The notes under the pieces are model-generated. The model was not told where the DNA came from. It saw only the letters and a program-made list of their open reading frames with translations, and made no database searches. A DNA stretch of 64,000 bases. Origin: Fidelibacterota bacterium (lineage in GTDB: Bacteria; Fidelibacterota; Marinisomatia; Marinisomatales; UBA1611). Made by a program: the position numbers and the translations under genes. This document shows, in pieces, positions 51,343 through 62,344 of the stretch. The DNA is taken from NCBI GenBank assembly GCA_018671775.1, contig JABHGY010000023.1, positions 1,249 to 65,248 of the forward strand, in the 5' to 3' direction. Each line of letters starts with the position of its first letter. The first letter of the stretch is position 1.

Positions 51343-51894
51343 TCATTTTTTTAAACATTCGAACCAAGGACCTGAATGAAGATCAGAAAAAAAATATTTT
51401 TTATCTTCTTCTGATTCGATATCATTCCCCGCTTCTTTAGCTAAATTAAAATATTTTTCCATATTTTTAGTTTGCTTGAGAATGGCATAAGCTCTAGCTA
51501 ATCCTTCATAAGCGTAAGCCAAATCAAACCCTTTATAATCATTTTTTTTCGTGAGCTTTAGACAAGTGGAGGCATATTTCAAAGCAAGTTCCCCGTCTCC
51601 TAAAACTGCATAAACATGAGAAATAAGCCAATCGCCACGCTGCTCATTGATCTCTTGAAATTGAGAAGAACGTTTCCAATGATATTTGGATGCTTTTGCA
51701 AAATACATCATTCGAATATCATCATTTTCATCACGATTATTTTTTTCTAGTAACGTCCATGTTTGCTGATTCATTTCAATACCAAGATAGTGGTGTATTT
51801 TGGGATTCATCGTAGTTTCCTTTTTTAAACATCCGAGTTGAACGCATATAATTAGAACAGCACTTATGCTTATGATTGTTTTCAAATTCATCAT
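51343..51894 (-). CDS. Hypothetical lipoprotein, helical (TPR-like)
   Basis: Lipobox-like VQLGC after a hydrophobic N-terminus. The rest is predicted helical (…ALKYASTCLKL…AYAYEGLARAYAILK…). Confidence 0.5.
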   Translation of the reverse strand: MMNLKTIISISAVLIICVQLGCLKKETTMNPKIHHYLGIEMNQQTWTLLEKNNRDENDDIRMMYFAKASKYHWKRSSQFQEINEQRGDWLISHVYAVLGDGELALKYASTCLKLTKKNDYKGFDLAYAYEGLARAYAILKQTKNMEKYFNLAKEAGNDIESEEDKKYFFSDLHSGPWFECLKK

Positions 51895-52862
51895 CTGTGT
51901 TTGCTTTTACTTTTTCTGAAAATTATCCAGATACCAATTAGTAAAAAAAGCGTGCTTAAAATTATGATTTTTTGAAAGTCTTTCACAGAATAGATCATAC
52001 TTTTTGCAGTCATATTATAATCTTGATTGAGGAAATCTTTCAATGTGAATTCCCACTGAAGTGTGTCGCCATTGAGTGTTTTGGCATTGGATTGAAAAAT
52101 GGCGCCAGGTAAAATAAGAGAAAGCTTGAAATGGTCATCCTTAAGATGAATAATATTTTCAATTTTTGACTCATAAGATTTCATTTTTGCTTCGAATATT
52201 TGTATAAAGTTTGAGTTTAATAGAGGAAAAGGTTTTAAAGTACGTGTAATAAAAGTTTTGCGATTTTCACTGAGTTCATTCAAAAGCAATTCTGATTGAA
52301 TATGATAGAAAGTGTTCATAAAATGATTTGAAAGTCGATCTTGTTCATAGGGCATATTTTGGAAATCGGGCATTTGATAAATTTGGGTTAAAGTAGAATC
52401 TATAATATTCATCAAGGCTTCTGGTACCCATTGAATGCTATCCATTTTGTCAGTGAGCAAAGATTCGGATAATAATGGGGATTTATATTTATCTAACACT
52501 TTTGGAAAATGGGCATGAAATATATAATGTTTTGAAAACCATTTTTTTCTTATAGTGCTTGTAATCGTATAATCAAGGGCTTGCTTTAAGGAATCAGGCC
52601 TTACTTTTATCCCGGGCATTACAAACCCAGCCGAATTTTTAATCCAAACAATTTCACCATCCTTCTTTATGGTTGATTTTGTTTCTATATGCCATGCAGG
52701 TGAATTTGGATGGGAAAAATCAGAATTAAAAATATCCGTTGAATCCCCTTTAGAAATAAATTGAAGATGAGATCGCCCATCAGGGTGAACCCGAATTGTG
52801 ATGATATTTTCAACACAAGCAGGAAAAAAGATTAATATGAATATGAGGGCAAGTTTCTTCAT
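51891..52862 (-). CDS. Hypothetical lipoprotein with C-terminal TM anchor
   Basis: The internal Met giving MKKLALIFILIFFPAC (lipobox) is preferred over the track start at 52928. The C-terminus is IIILSTLFLLIGIWIIFRKSKSKHR. Confidence 0.5.
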   Translation of the reverse strand: MKKLALIFILIFFPACVENIITIRVHPDGRSHLQFISKGDSTDIFNSDFSHPNSPAWHIETKSTIKKDGEIVWIKNSAGFVMPGIKVRPDSLKQALDYTITSTIRKKWFSKHYIFHAHFPKVLDKYKSPLLSESLLTDKMDSIQWVPEALMNIIDSTLTQIYQMPDFQNMPYEQDRLSNHFMNTFYHIQSELLLNELSENRKTFITRTLKPFPLLNSNFIQIFEAKMKSYESKIENIIHLKDDHFKLSLILPGAIFQSNAKTLNGDTLQWEFTLKDFLNQDYNMTAKSMIYSVKDFQKIIILSTLFLLIGIWIIFRKSKSKHR

Positions 52863-52954
52863 TTTATCTGCAATACTGAAACTACAAAAAAGATTAGACA
52901 TTGCAGTGGATTCATTTGGATTTTTCAATAGAAAATAATTACCTTCTATGCGCT

Positions 52955-53815
52955 ATGATTATGAATTTTTTACATAAAAGCATTTCTCTTGGGATATGCA
53001 TAGTTTTTAGCGGTACCTATATCTTTGCTCAGTCAGCACTTATTTATAATATGGCTAGTGGATTTATTGATTATGAAGGACGAATTATTGTCGGTGAAGG
53101 AAAAGCAATGGTTCGTCTTTCTGAAAATGGAACGGCATCACCCAATGATAAAGAAATAAAATTTGCACAAGCTCTTGCAAAAAAGAAAGCAAGAGAAAAC
53201 ATTAGTCAATTAGTCAAACAAGTAAATTATAATGGAATTACACTTGAAGAATTTATGCAATATGATCCTATCGTTGAAAAACAAATAGCATCATATATCT
53301 CAAGTGCTTTTCAATATAGTGAAGTCGAGATTCTTAATAACGGTCATATTCAAGTTGAAATGGCCATTTCAATGATAGGATTGTCCGAAATTGTTTTTCC
53401 TAGTGTGGGCTTTGCCATTGAAGCGCCCAAAAATGTACAATATCTCATGACAAAATCGTTAATCCCCAAGACCAATAGGATTACGGGGATTATTATTGAT
53501 GCACGAAACACATCTATCAAACCAGCGTTGGCGCCAAGAATTGTAGATGAAAATGGAAACCCAATTTATGGAATGAATAGCCTAACCCGGAGCAATGCAA
53601 TTAACAAAGGATTGGTTGCTTATGCCAGCTCATTAGGACTGACTAAACAAGAAAAACGCGTCGGCAATAATCCCATAATTATTAAAGCATTAAACCAAGA
53701 TATATTCGGAAGCACAAATCCAGTTGTCTCTCTTAACGCTAGCGCTAAATTAAAATCTGCAAATAAATCATTTCATTTATTTGATGATTGCAAAGTTTTG
53801 ATTCTTGTTGATTAA
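52955..53815 (+). CDS. Hypothetical secreted protein
   Basis: Signal peptide MIMNFLHKSISLGICIVFSGTYIFAQ. The C-terminal half ITGIIIDARNTSIKPALAPRIVDENGNPIYG looks like a conserved module seen in uncharacterised envelope proteins. I cannot name the family with confidence. Confidence 0.5.
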   Translation: MIMNFLHKSISLGICIVFSGTYIFAQSALIYNMASGFIDYEGRIIVGEGKAMVRLSENGTASPNDKEIKFAQALAKKKARENISQLVKQVNYNGITLEEFMQYDPIVEKQIASYISSAFQYSEVEILNNGHIQVEMAISMIGLSEIVFPSVGFAIEAPKNVQYLMTKSLIPKTNRITGIIIDARNTSIKPALAPRIVDENGNPIYGMNSLTRSNAINKGLVAYASSLGLTKQEKRVGNNPIIIKALNQDIFGSTNPVVSLNASAKLKSANKSFHLFDDCKVLILVD

Positions 53816-53855
53816 ATTCATTTTTTTCTTGGTTTGAATTATCTCAAATTCAGCT

Positions 53856-54947
53856 ATGGAAATTAATTCAATGGCCGTTCTTTTGTTGCAAGATGGCCGT
53901 TTTTTTTATGGTGATATTTTTGGAGCAGAAGGAGAAACTATTGGCGAGGTCTGTTTCAATACTGGGATGACTGGCTATCAGGAGATTCTAACTGATCCAT
54001 CCTATTGTAAGCAAATTGTTACCATGACATCGCCACATATTGGGAATTACGGCGTGAATTCAGAAGATATTGAATCAGACAAAATTCAAGTTGCTGGTTT
54101 TGTGATAAAAGAGGAAACCGAAATACCATCCAATTGGCGTTCGAGACAATCTCTTGGCGAATATCTAAAAGAACAAAACATTGTTGGAATTCAAGGAATT
54201 GACACACGAGCATTGACGCGACATATCCGAGATCATGGTGCTATGAATGGAATTATTTCTACAATTAATTCTGATATTGAAAGTTTAAAAATAAAATTAA
54301 CTCAAGCACCCAAAATGGCGGGGTTAGATTTAGCCAAAGAAGTGAGTTGTAAAAATTTCTATCAATATACTCAAAATAATAATTATCCTTACAAAATAGC
54401 CGCCATTGATTTTGGTATTAAATTAAATATTCTTCGACTATTGGAAAGTAATAACTGTGATGTAACTGTTTTTCCAGCAAATGTAACATCAAGAGAAATA
54501 ATAAACTTTAATCCGGACGGTGTCTTTTTAAGCAATGGACCCGGTGATCCGGAAGCGGTAAAATATGGGATTAAAACCGTAAAAGAACTATTAGGGAAAA
54601 AACCCATATTTGGAATTTGCCTTGGGCATCAAATATTAGCATTAGCATTAGGAGCCAAAACATTCAAATTGAAATTTGGACATCGTGGGATTAATCATCC
54701 AGTAAAAAACTTGGATACTGGGAAAGTTGAAATCACGAGTCAAAATCATGGTTTTGTAGTGGATTTGGATTCGCTTCCAGCTAATGTGAATCCGACTCAT
54801 GTAAACCTAAATGATAATACGTCTGCCGGAATCCGCTGTGATGAATTTCGGGCTTTTTCAGTTCAATATCACCCCGAGTCAAGTCCTGGACCCCATGATA
54901 GTCGTTATTTATTTGAGCAATTTATTGATATGATGAAAAAAAACTAA
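53856..54947 (+). CDS. carA: Carbamoyl-phosphate synthase small (glutaminase) subunit
   Basis: LLLQDGRFFYG..., TDPSY, and the GATase triad region GICLGHQ...QYHPE. The start could be Met6 (53871). Confidence 0.95.
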   Translation: MEINSMAVLLLQDGRFFYGDIFGAEGETIGEVCFNTGMTGYQEILTDPSYCKQIVTMTSPHIGNYGVNSEDIESDKIQVAGFVIKEETEIPSNWRSRQSLGEYLKEQNIVGIQGIDTRALTRHIRDHGAMNGIISTINSDIESLKIKLTQAPKMAGLDLAKEVSCKNFYQYTQNNNYPYKIAAIDFGIKLNILRLLESNNCDVTVFPANVTSREIINFNPDGVFLSNGPGDPEAVKYGIKTVKELLGKKPIFGICLGHQILALALGAKTFKLKFGHRGINHPVKNLDTGKVEITSQNHGFVVDLDSLPANVNPTHVNLNDNTSAGIRCDEFRAFSVQYHPESSPGPHDSRYLFEQFIDMMKKN

Positions 54948-55033
54948 CCACAGAGAAAAAAAACAAATGGAAAGTAAAAAACATTCATTGATAAAAAACT
55001 CTGCGAACTTTGTGTTTTTGAGGCAATTATAAA

Positions 55034-55936
55034 ATGATACTTGAAACAAAAAATCTAAGTAAATCTTTTGGACCAAGCAAAGCAGTTGACAATCTTTCGT
55101 TGGAAATTCCTGAAGGATCTGTATTTGGATTCTTAGGTCCAAATGGAAGTGGAAAATCCACAACTATTCGTATGATGACAGATTTGATTCGTCCGGATGA
55201 AGGAGAAGTATTTATTCAAGGCCAATCTGTTCAAAAAAAGCATCAAAAGGCTTTGGGGAAGGTAGGCGCATTTATTGAACGAGCAGATTTTTATAAACAT
55301 CTTTCTGCTAAAACCAACCTTGAAATGTTGGCAAGAATGGATGGAAAAGGGTATAGCCAAATTCCAATTGTCTTGGAAAGAGTGGGTCTCTCAAGCAGGG
55401 CAAATGACAAAGTAAAACATTATTCTCAAGGAATGCGCCAACGCTTAGGAATCGCTCAAGCATTATTGGCTAAACCAAAATTATTGATACTAGATGAACC
55501 TACAAATGGATTAGACCCACAAGGAATGAAAGAAGTTCGAGATTTAATAAAAGAATTAAATAATGAGGGGATTACCATTTTTATATCGTCCCATTTATTA
55601 AATGAAGTTCAAAAAATGTGTACCCACGTGGCCATCATATTTGAAGGGAAATTGATAACATCTGGTTCTATGAATACTCTTTTAACGGAATCAGAAATAT
55701 TTACGACAGAAATAAGTGTTGAACCGATTGAAAAAGCAAAATCTATTCTATATCCACTAGATTGGATTATCAAATGTGATGAACGAAATGGTGTGCTTAT
55801 GGTAAATACATCGCAGGATAAGATAAGTGACATAATATTTATTCTTGTTCAAAATGGATGTGCGGTGAATTCGGTTATTTCCAAAACATCTCTTGAAGAT
55901 TTATATCTTTCCAAAACAGGAACAAATGGCGCTTGA
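55034..55936 (+). CDS. ABC transporter ATP-binding protein (ABC-2 exporter type)
   Basis: Walker A GPNGSGKST, signature YSQGMRQR, and Walker B LLILDEPT. Confidence 0.9.
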   Translation: MILETKNLSKSFGPSKAVDNLSLEIPEGSVFGFLGPNGSGKSTTIRMMTDLIRPDEGEVFIQGQSVQKKHQKALGKVGAFIERADFYKHLSAKTNLEMLARMDGKGYSQIPIVLERVGLSSRANDKVKHYSQGMRQRLGIAQALLAKPKLLILDEPTNGLDPQGMKEVRDLIKELNNEGITIFISSHLLNEVQKMCTHVAIIFEGKLITSGSMNTLLTESEIFTTEISVEPIEKAKSILYPLDWIIKCDERNGVLMVNTSQDKISDIIFILVQNGCAVNSVISKTSLEDLYLSKTGTNGA

Positions 55937-56774
55937 TATGATTGGATTGATTCATAATGAATTATTGAAAATAATCGGGCGATGGCGGAGTTATATTGGC
56001 TTTATCGGAATTGCTATTTTGATGCCATTGATTCTTTGGGGCTTTTCCTATGGTGGCGGTGAAATCCATGATGAATATGCCAGTGAACTGGGGAACAATT
56101 TTCTTATCGTTGGGTCCATTTTTAATGCCTTTTTAGCTACTTATATCGTCATGAACGCGTTCTGGATTCATATGCCATTCCTGGTGGCGCTGGCAGCAGG
56201 AGATGCAGTAGCAGCAGAAGGTGCATCTGGAACATTTCGGATTATATTAACGCGCTCTACAAGTCGGATTAAAATTTTATTTGCAAAATTATTTGCTACA
56301 TGGATTTATACAGCATTACTCATTTTATTCTTGGCATTTATGAGCTTAGGAATCGGGTCTTTGTGGCTGGGCAGTGGCGACTTAATTGTGTTCGATAAAG
56401 GTATTCTGATTTTAGATCAGAGTGAAGCCTGGGTTCGAATGGCGCTTTCTTTTGGATTGGCAATTTTTGTTATGTGTGTTGTGGCGACCTTATGTTTTAT
56501 GTTTTCAGCTATGGTGGATAATGCAATTGGTCCGATTGTTGGCGCCATTTTTCTCATTGTGATTGGATATATTATAATGGCAATACCAATTGAATTATTT
56601 GAAAAAATGGAGCCTTATATTTTTGTCACATATTTTGATGTTTGGCAGCAGGCGTTTAAAGATCCAATTCCGTGGGATCATATCATAAAAAGTTTGAGTA
56701 TTTTAGTAATTTATACAGTCGGGTTTATTGGAATAAGTATAGCAGTATTTTTGAAAAGAGATATCAAATCATGA
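55926..56774 (+). CDS. ABC-2 family transporter permease
   Basis: Six hydrophobic segments. Start MALDMIGLIHNELLKI, with a short overlap onto the ATPase stop. Confidence 0.75.
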   Translation: MALDMIGLIHNELLKIIGRWRSYIGFIGIAILMPLILWGFSYGGGEIHDEYASELGNNFLIVGSIFNAFLATYIVMNAFWIHMPFLVALAAGDAVAAEGASGTFRIILTRSTSRIKILFAKLFATWIYTALLILFLAFMSLGIGSLWLGSGDLIVFDKGILILDQSEAWVRMALSFGLAIFVMCVVATLCFMFSAMVDNAIGPIVGAIFLIVIGYIIMAIPIELFEKMEPYIFVTYFDVWQQAFKDPIPWDHIIKSLSILVIYTVGFIGISIAVFLKRDIKS

Positions 56775-57505
56775 TCAAATATTTTATTTTAATTTCGGGC
56801 TTGCTTTTCGCTGGAACACCCACAGTTGAATCTATTCAAGATAGTCTTATTACGCGCTTTAACCGCATTGAAGATTATTCAGTGAAAATCAAAGTATCTG
56901 TTAAAATGACCGGCCTGCGCATGCCACGAAAAAAAATCAAACTCTATTACAAAGCACCAGATAAGGTAAAAGTGAAATCCAGGGGATTTGCAATTCTGCC
57001 CAAAACAGGATTGAGCGGTTCTCCAAAGCAATATTTGAAAATGCTTGATTCTGTTCGTGTGTCTGGAAATGATGTATTGAATGGACGAAATCATTGGATA
57101 TTGTTCGGCTCAGTCAATCCAGATTCAATCGATATTGATTTGGATGAAAAAGATTTTCCAAATATAAAAATGCGTCTTTGGGTTGATACAGAATCGTGGG
57201 TGATTTCAAAAGCTGAAACCGTCATTGATTCACAAAAGGTATTTAAACTCATTTCCGAATATGATGAAGTGGATGGCGTATTTTTACCAATAAAAACTAT
57301 ATTATCAATTGGATTTAAAGGGATGGGGAAATGGTCTATGCGAGATCCATTTGGTGGTCCAGGAGCAGACAGGCAAGAGATTGAAGACCTTGCAAAGGAT
57401 TCTGGAATTAATCCTGAGAAAAAAGAATTTGCAGGAACGGTTGTGATGGAATTTTCAAAATATAAAATAAATCAAGGCTTAGATGATTCATTATTTGAAG
57501 AATAG
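56771..57505 (+). CDS. LolA-like outer-membrane lipoprotein-sorting / carrier fold protein
   Basis: Signal MIKYFILISGLLFAG, then IQDSLITRFNRIEDYSVKIKVSVKM...KIKLYYKAPDKVKV..., the typical opening of LolA-like (open beta-barrel) proteins. ATGA overlap with the permease stop. Confidence 0.55.
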   Translation: MIKYFILISGLLFAGTPTVESIQDSLITRFNRIEDYSVKIKVSVKMTGLRMPRKKIKLYYKAPDKVKVKSRGFAILPKTGLSGSPKQYLKMLDSVRVSGNDVLNGRNHWILFGSVNPDSIDIDLDEKDFPNIKMRLWVDTESWVISKAETVIDSQKVFKLISEYDEVDGVFLPIKTILSIGFKGMGKWSMRDPFGGPGADRQEIEDLAKDSGINPEKKEFAGTVVMEFSKYKINQGLDDSLFEE

Positions 57506-57548
57506 TCACAGAGCTGCTGAACTTAGTGATTCTGTAGCAAAATAGATT

Positions 57549-60500
57549 ATGCCTAAAAGAACAGACATAAAATCCATATTAATTATTGGTGCCGGTCCTA
57601 TCATCATTGGGCAAGCTTGTGAATTTGACTATTCCGGGACGCAAGCAACACGAGCCCTAAAAGAAGAAGGTTACCGGGTGATTTTGGTGAATTCAAATCC
57701 TGCTACCATTATGACGGATCCGGATTTGGCGGATGCTACTTATATTGAACCCTTAACCATTGAATATGTAACAGCTATTATTGAAAAAGAACATCCGGAT
57801 GCAATTTTGCCAACGGTGGGTGGGCAAACTGCACTCAATTTGACGATGGATTTACATAAAGAAGAAATTCTTGAAAAATTTAATGTTCAATTAATTGGTG
57901 CCCAAATTGATGCTATTGATAAAGCGGAAGATAGGGAACGATTCAAAAAAGCCATGAATGAAGTGGGGATTGATACAGCCAAAGGTGGTTTTGTTCATAA
58001 TTGGGAAGAAGCCAAATCATTGTTAGAAGCAATGCAATTCCCCGTCATAATTCGTCCATCCTTTACCATGGGCGGAACGGGCGGTTCAGTGGCGTATAAC
58101 GGGGATGAATTTCAGGAATTAATTGAAAATGGACTCAATGCAAGTCCAACTACAGAAGTGCTCATGGAAGAATCACTTTTGGGATGGAAAGAGTTCGAAA
58201 TGGAAGTGGTGCGAGACAACGTGGACAATGCCATTATTATTTGCTCCATTGAGAATATTGATCCAATGGGCATCCATACTGGCGATTCGGTTACAGTGGC
58301 GCCAGCCATGACTTTATCAGATAAAGAATATCAACAAATGCGGAATTGGTCAATCCAATGTTTGCGAACCATTGGCGTAGAAACCGGGGGATCCAATGTT
58401 CAATTTGCGGTGAATCCTGAAGACGGTAGAATGATTGTTATTGAAATGAACCCAAGAGTAAGCCGATCATCTGCATTGGCTTCTAAAGCCACAGGATTTC
58501 CCATTGCAAAAATTGCCGCGAAATTGGCTGTGGGTTATACTCTGGATGAACTTCCAAATGATATTACGGGAAAAACTTTAGCAGCATTTGAACCAACCAT
58601 TGATTATATTGTAACAAAGGTGCCCCGATTTGATTTTGAAAAATTTCCAAGTGCATCAGGACATTTGGGCGTCCAAATGCAAAGTGTGGGCGAAGTCATG
58701 TCTATTGGGCGAACATTCCGAGAAAGTTTGCAAAAAGCATTCCGTTCGTTGGAAGTTGGCTTAGATGGACTTGAGCCAAAACCCCTTGCAGATGGAGACG
58801 AAGATGTGAGCCGAGCAAGATCTTTGGATATGTCCACTTTACGTTTTGGGACTGCATTTCGATTGTTAAAAGTTCGTCAAGCATTTATGGAAGGAAAATC
58901 AGTAGAAGAAATCTATTCAATCACCAAAATAGATCCGTGGTTTTTAAATCAAATTAAATTATTGGTAGATATACGGAAAACCTTGTCTTTACGGGAGTTG
59001 AAAGAAAATGGGTTTTCCGATAAACAAATTGGACGATTGTGGAATAAAACTGAGTTGGAAATCCGAGATTTACGAAAAAAAGAAAATATAATTCCATCAT
59101 TTAAAGTAGTGGATACTTGTGCCGCTGAATTTGAAGCGCAAACACCATATTGTTATTCTACTTATGATGAAGAAAATGAAGTTGAACCATTAGTAGGAAA
59201 AAAGATTATAATTTTGGGAGGTGGCCCAAACCGAATTGGGCAAGGGATTGAATTTGATTATTGTTGCGTTCAAGCTGTATTTGGATTGCAAGATTTAGAT
59301 TATAAAACCATTATGGTAAATTGTAATCCGGAAACAGTTAGCACCGATTTTGATTTATGCGATCGACTTTATTTCGAGCCCGTGACCTTTGAAGATGTCT
59401 TAAATATTGTGGAATTTGAAAAACCGGATGGCGTGTTAGTTCAGTTTGGAGGACAGACACCATTGAAGATTGCACAAGCATTATCAGATGCAGGTGTCAC
59501 CATTATTGGGACTTCACCGGAAAATATTGATTTGGCCGAAGATAGAGAAAAATTTGGAGATATTTTAGATAAACTAAATGTGATTTGCCCAGAATATGGA
59601 ACAGGTAGAACGCTTGATGAAGTGGTATCCATTGCGGAGAAAATTGGATTTCCTGTATTGGCCAGACCCAGTTATGTTTTGGGCGGTCGTGCTATGGAAA
59701 TTGTTTATTCTAAAGAACAATTGATCGATTATATCGCACGTTCAGCCGATGTTACAGCGGGGCATCCTATATTGATTGATGAATTTCTCGAAGATGCTTT
59801 TGAATTTGATGTGGATGCTTTGTCCGACGGTGAAACGGTTCATATCGGTGCCATTATGCAACATATTGAAGAAGCAGGAATCCACTCAGGGGATTCAGCG
59901 TGTGTTCTACCACCCTATCGAATTACAACAAAAGCCATGGAAGAAATTATTCGAATCACCAAATCTCTTGCTTTGGAATTAAAAGTAATTGGATTAATCA
60001 ATCTCCAATTTGCTTACAAAGATAATCAAGTTTATGTTTTGGAAGTGAATCCGAGAGCTAGCCGAACGGTTCCATTTGTGAGCAAGGCAACAAATGTTCC
60101 ATTAGCTCGAATTTCTGCGAAATTGGCAGTCGGAAAAAAATTAAAAAATATGGATTTAAAACAATGGGATCACATCAATCATATTGCAGTCAAAGAAGCG
60201 GTTCTCCCATTCAATAAATTCCCAGAAGAGTCCATATTTTTAAGCCCAGAAATGAAATCTACAGGTGAAGTAATGGGAATTTCCAATACATTTGGGGGGT
60301 CATTTCGGAGGGCCACCATCAGCGCCGGGAATCAATTTCCTGAAAGCGGGCGTGTATTTTTGTCCGTGAATAATCAGGACAAAATGAATGCCATTCCCTT
60401 GGCGAGAGATTTACATGAATTTGGATTCGATATTGTTGCAACATCTGGAACCGCATTGGAATTAAATAGAAATGGCATTCCTACAGGATCGGTTTTTAAA

Positions 60501-60731
60501 GTGGGTGAAGGTCGTCCCAATGTGGTGGATGGGATAAAAAATGGAGAAATTAATTTAGTGATTAACACGCCCTTGGGGGCGCAATCGAGATTTGATGAAG
60601 AAGCAATCGGACGTGCATGTATTCAAAAAGGAATTATGGCGATTACCACTTTATCTGGCGCGGAAGCGGTGGTTCGTGCTATTCGATCCAAACGGAAAAT
60701 TGTTGTAAAGTCCATTCAAGAATATCATTAA
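57549..60731 (+). CDS. carB: Carbamoyl-phosphate synthase large subunit
   Basis: Duplicated ATP-grasp halves ([24 protein letters not shown] and [22 protein letters not shown]), an oligomerisation domain, and a C-terminal MGS-like domain. Confidence 0.97.
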   Translation: MPKRTDIKSILIIGAGPIIIGQACEFDYSGTQATRALKEEGYRVILVNSNPATIMTDPDLADATYIEPLTIEYVTAIIEKEHPDAILPTVGGQTALNLTMDLHKEEILEKFNVQLIGAQIDAIDKAEDRERFKKAMNEVGIDTAKGGFVHNWEEAKSLLEAMQFPVIIRPSFTMGGTGGSVAYNGDEFQELIENGLNASPTTEVLMEESLLGWKEFEMEVVRDNVDNAIIICSIENIDPMGIHTGDSVTVAPAMTLSDKEYQQMRNWSIQCLRTIGVETGGSNVQFAVNPEDGRMIVIEMNPRVSRSSALASKATGFPIAKIAAKLAVGYTLDELPNDITGKTLAAFEPTIDYIVTKVPRFDFEKFPSASGHLGVQMQSVGEVMSIGRTFRESLQKAFRSLEVGLDGLEPKPLADGDEDVSRARSLDMSTLRFGTAFRLLKVRQAFMEGKSVEEIYSITKIDPWFLNQIKLLVDIRKTLSLRELKENGFSDKQIGRLWNKTELEIRDLRKKENIIPSFKVVDTCAAEFEAQTPYCYSTYDEENEVEPLVGKKIIILGGGPNRIGQGIEFDYCCVQAVFGLQDLDYKTIMVNCNPETVSTDFDLCDRLYFEPVTFEDVLNIVEFEKPDGVLVQFGGQTPLKIAQALSDAGVTIIGTSPENIDLAEDREKFGDILDKLNVICPEYGTGRTLDEVVSIAEKIGFPVLARPSYVLGGRAMEIVYSKEQLIDYIARSADVTAGHPILIDEFLEDAFEFDVDALSDGETVHIGAIMQHIEEAGIHSGDSACVLPPYRITTKAMEEIIRITKSLALELKVIGLINLQFAYKDNQVYVLEVNPRASRTVPFVSKATNVPLARISAKLAVGKKLKNMDLKQWDHINHIAVKEAVLPFNKFPEESIFLSPEMKSTGEVMGISNTFGGSFRRATISAGNQFPESGRVFLSVNNQDKMNAIPLARDLHEFGFDIVATSGTALELNRNGIPTGSVFKVGEGRPNVVDGIKNGEINLVINTPLGAQSRFDEEAIGRACIQKGIMAITTLSGAEAVVRAIRSKRKIVVKSIQEYH

Positions 60732-60991
60732 ATATTTAAAAAATTCCTGTTTGCTTATTCATAAATAAATCAATAGAATCCTTTGCAAAACCCTGTGCGT
60801 AAAGAAAAAATAGATACCATTTTTCTGATTAAGGCGGAAAATGAAGCCAATAATGGTTTTATGGTCAAGTTTCCCAACGAAAAACAGGGGAATTGTAGCC
60901 TTTTTAATTTGCGTATCAGGTTTTTCAAAAGATTCCAAAAGCATATAAAACTTGATTTCATAGAAAATTTGTCAAGCAGAGCATAAATACG

Positions 60992-62341
60992 ATGTCAGAA
61001 AATAATTTCAGCGAACAGATAAAAGAAACCTTGAAGAAAGACGAAGATGTCTTTTCTCAGCTAAATCAATTATCAGAAATAGAAATGTCCAAGATTATTG
61101 ATGAAGATCTGCCTGGGAAAAACTATCAAGAAGAAAAGAGCGGCATATCAGCACGGATGTCATTTTTCGCAAAAAATTTCTATTCAAATAATGATTTATT
61201 CCGATATGCCTTATGGGCAATAGCGATGTTAATCATTTCCTCGATCGTTTTAACGATTGCTGAATATGATACATTTAAAAATTCAGTAAGTGAGCACATT
61301 GGGAAAGATAATCCAAATATTTTAGATACATTCTATAATACATTTTGGTGGTCGGTCGTTACCTTTACAACGGTAGGTTATGGAGACATAAGTCCAGTGA
61401 CCCATTTAGGAAAATTTTTAGCGATTATTATCATGCTATTAGATTTTGGTATTGTTACATTGTTAGGTGGAGCAGTTGCATCTGTGTTAGTTGCTCAGAG
61501 ATTAAAAGGAGATGATAAATTGGACGAAAATAAATATAATGGTCATTTAATCATAGCAGGATGGAACCCGTTTGTGGTGCCGGTTTTGCGACTTTTGAAT
61601 GAAAACAGGAAAGCAAACCCAATCGTAATATTAATAAACGAAACGGATCGAGAAATTATTAAACGTGGGATTTCAGGTTTTCAGCGATTAGATATTACGC
61701 ACCTTTTAGAGAATTTTACTCAAGAGCCTGTTTTGCGAAAAGCTTTTATGGAGCGTGCAGGGATGCTTATTATAGTTCCCGATTATTCCGGTTTACTTCC
61801 CAATGAAATGCCCGATGAAGAAAAATCAGTTTTAACGACTTTAACCGCAAAAGCCATTGCTGAAAATGTGCAAGTTATAGTCCATGTATTGAATGGGGAG
61901 AATGTTTCTCATCTTCAAAGAGCCAATGTAAATGAAATTATTTTTGCGGATGAGCATGTTCCTCATCTCATGGCAGGACATATTACCGATCCGGGTGTCC
62001 CCCAGTTATTTGAAAAGCTCATCAACGAAAAAAGATCTGATAGAGGGATTTATGTTTCTAAAATTCCAAAAGGATTGATAGGCTTAACGCATAATAAAAT
62101 TTCCGCTTTTTATAAATTCAAACATAAACAAATTCTTTTAGGTTATGCAATTCAAAAATCTGGATTTAGCTTAGAAGATCAAATGGGAGAAAGCGGAAGC
62201 CCTCTCATTAGAGACATGATTACTGAACAGCTTGATAGCGCAGGGATTAATTTAAACAGCGATGAACACATTGCGGTTGAGATTAATCCAGCTGATGACT
62301 ATATCGTCGATGCAAAACATCAAGCACTGGTTTTGAGTTAA
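60992..62341 (+). CDS. Two-TM potassium channel with cytoplasmic RCK/TrkA-N-like domain
   Basis: Pore helix and selectivity filter WWSVVTFTTVGYGD, followed by HLIIAGWNPFVVPVLRLL (Rossmann-like gating-ring start). Confidence 0.88.
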   Translation: MSENNFSEQIKETLKKDEDVFSQLNQLSEIEMSKIIDEDLPGKNYQEEKSGISARMSFFAKNFYSNNDLFRYALWAIAMLIISSIVLTIAEYDTFKNSVSEHIGKDNPNILDTFYNTFWWSVVTFTTVGYGDISPVTHLGKFLAIIIMLLDFGIVTLLGGAVASVLVAQRLKGDDKLDENKYNGHLIIAGWNPFVVPVLRLLNENRKANPIVILINETDREIIKRGISGFQRLDITHLLENFTQEPVLRKAFMERAGMLIIVPDYSGLLPNEMPDEEKSVLTTLTAKAIAENVQVIVHVLNGENVSHLQRANVNEIIFADEHVPHLMAGHITDPGVPQLFEKLINEKRSDRGIYVSKIPKGLIGLTHNKISAFYKFKHKQILLGYAIQKSGFSLEDQMGESGSPLIRDMITEQLDSAGINLNSDEHIAVEINPADDYIVDAKHQALVLS

Positions 62342-62344
62342 GTT

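Noticed and set aside
60732-60991. c-di-AMP (ydaO/kimA-type) riboswitch or tRNA/sRNA upstream of the K+ channel, plus three ~61-67-aa ORFs from the track
   Set aside because: I compared the region by eye with the conserved ydaO cores that I remember (GGGGACCCA…, CCCGAACCCG.CAGCUAACCUCGUAAGCG) and saw no match. There are no T-loop (GGTTCGAAT-like) or other tRNA features. The small ORFs overlap each other on both strands and lack start contexts. I kept only a low-weight note on a possible long-range helix.
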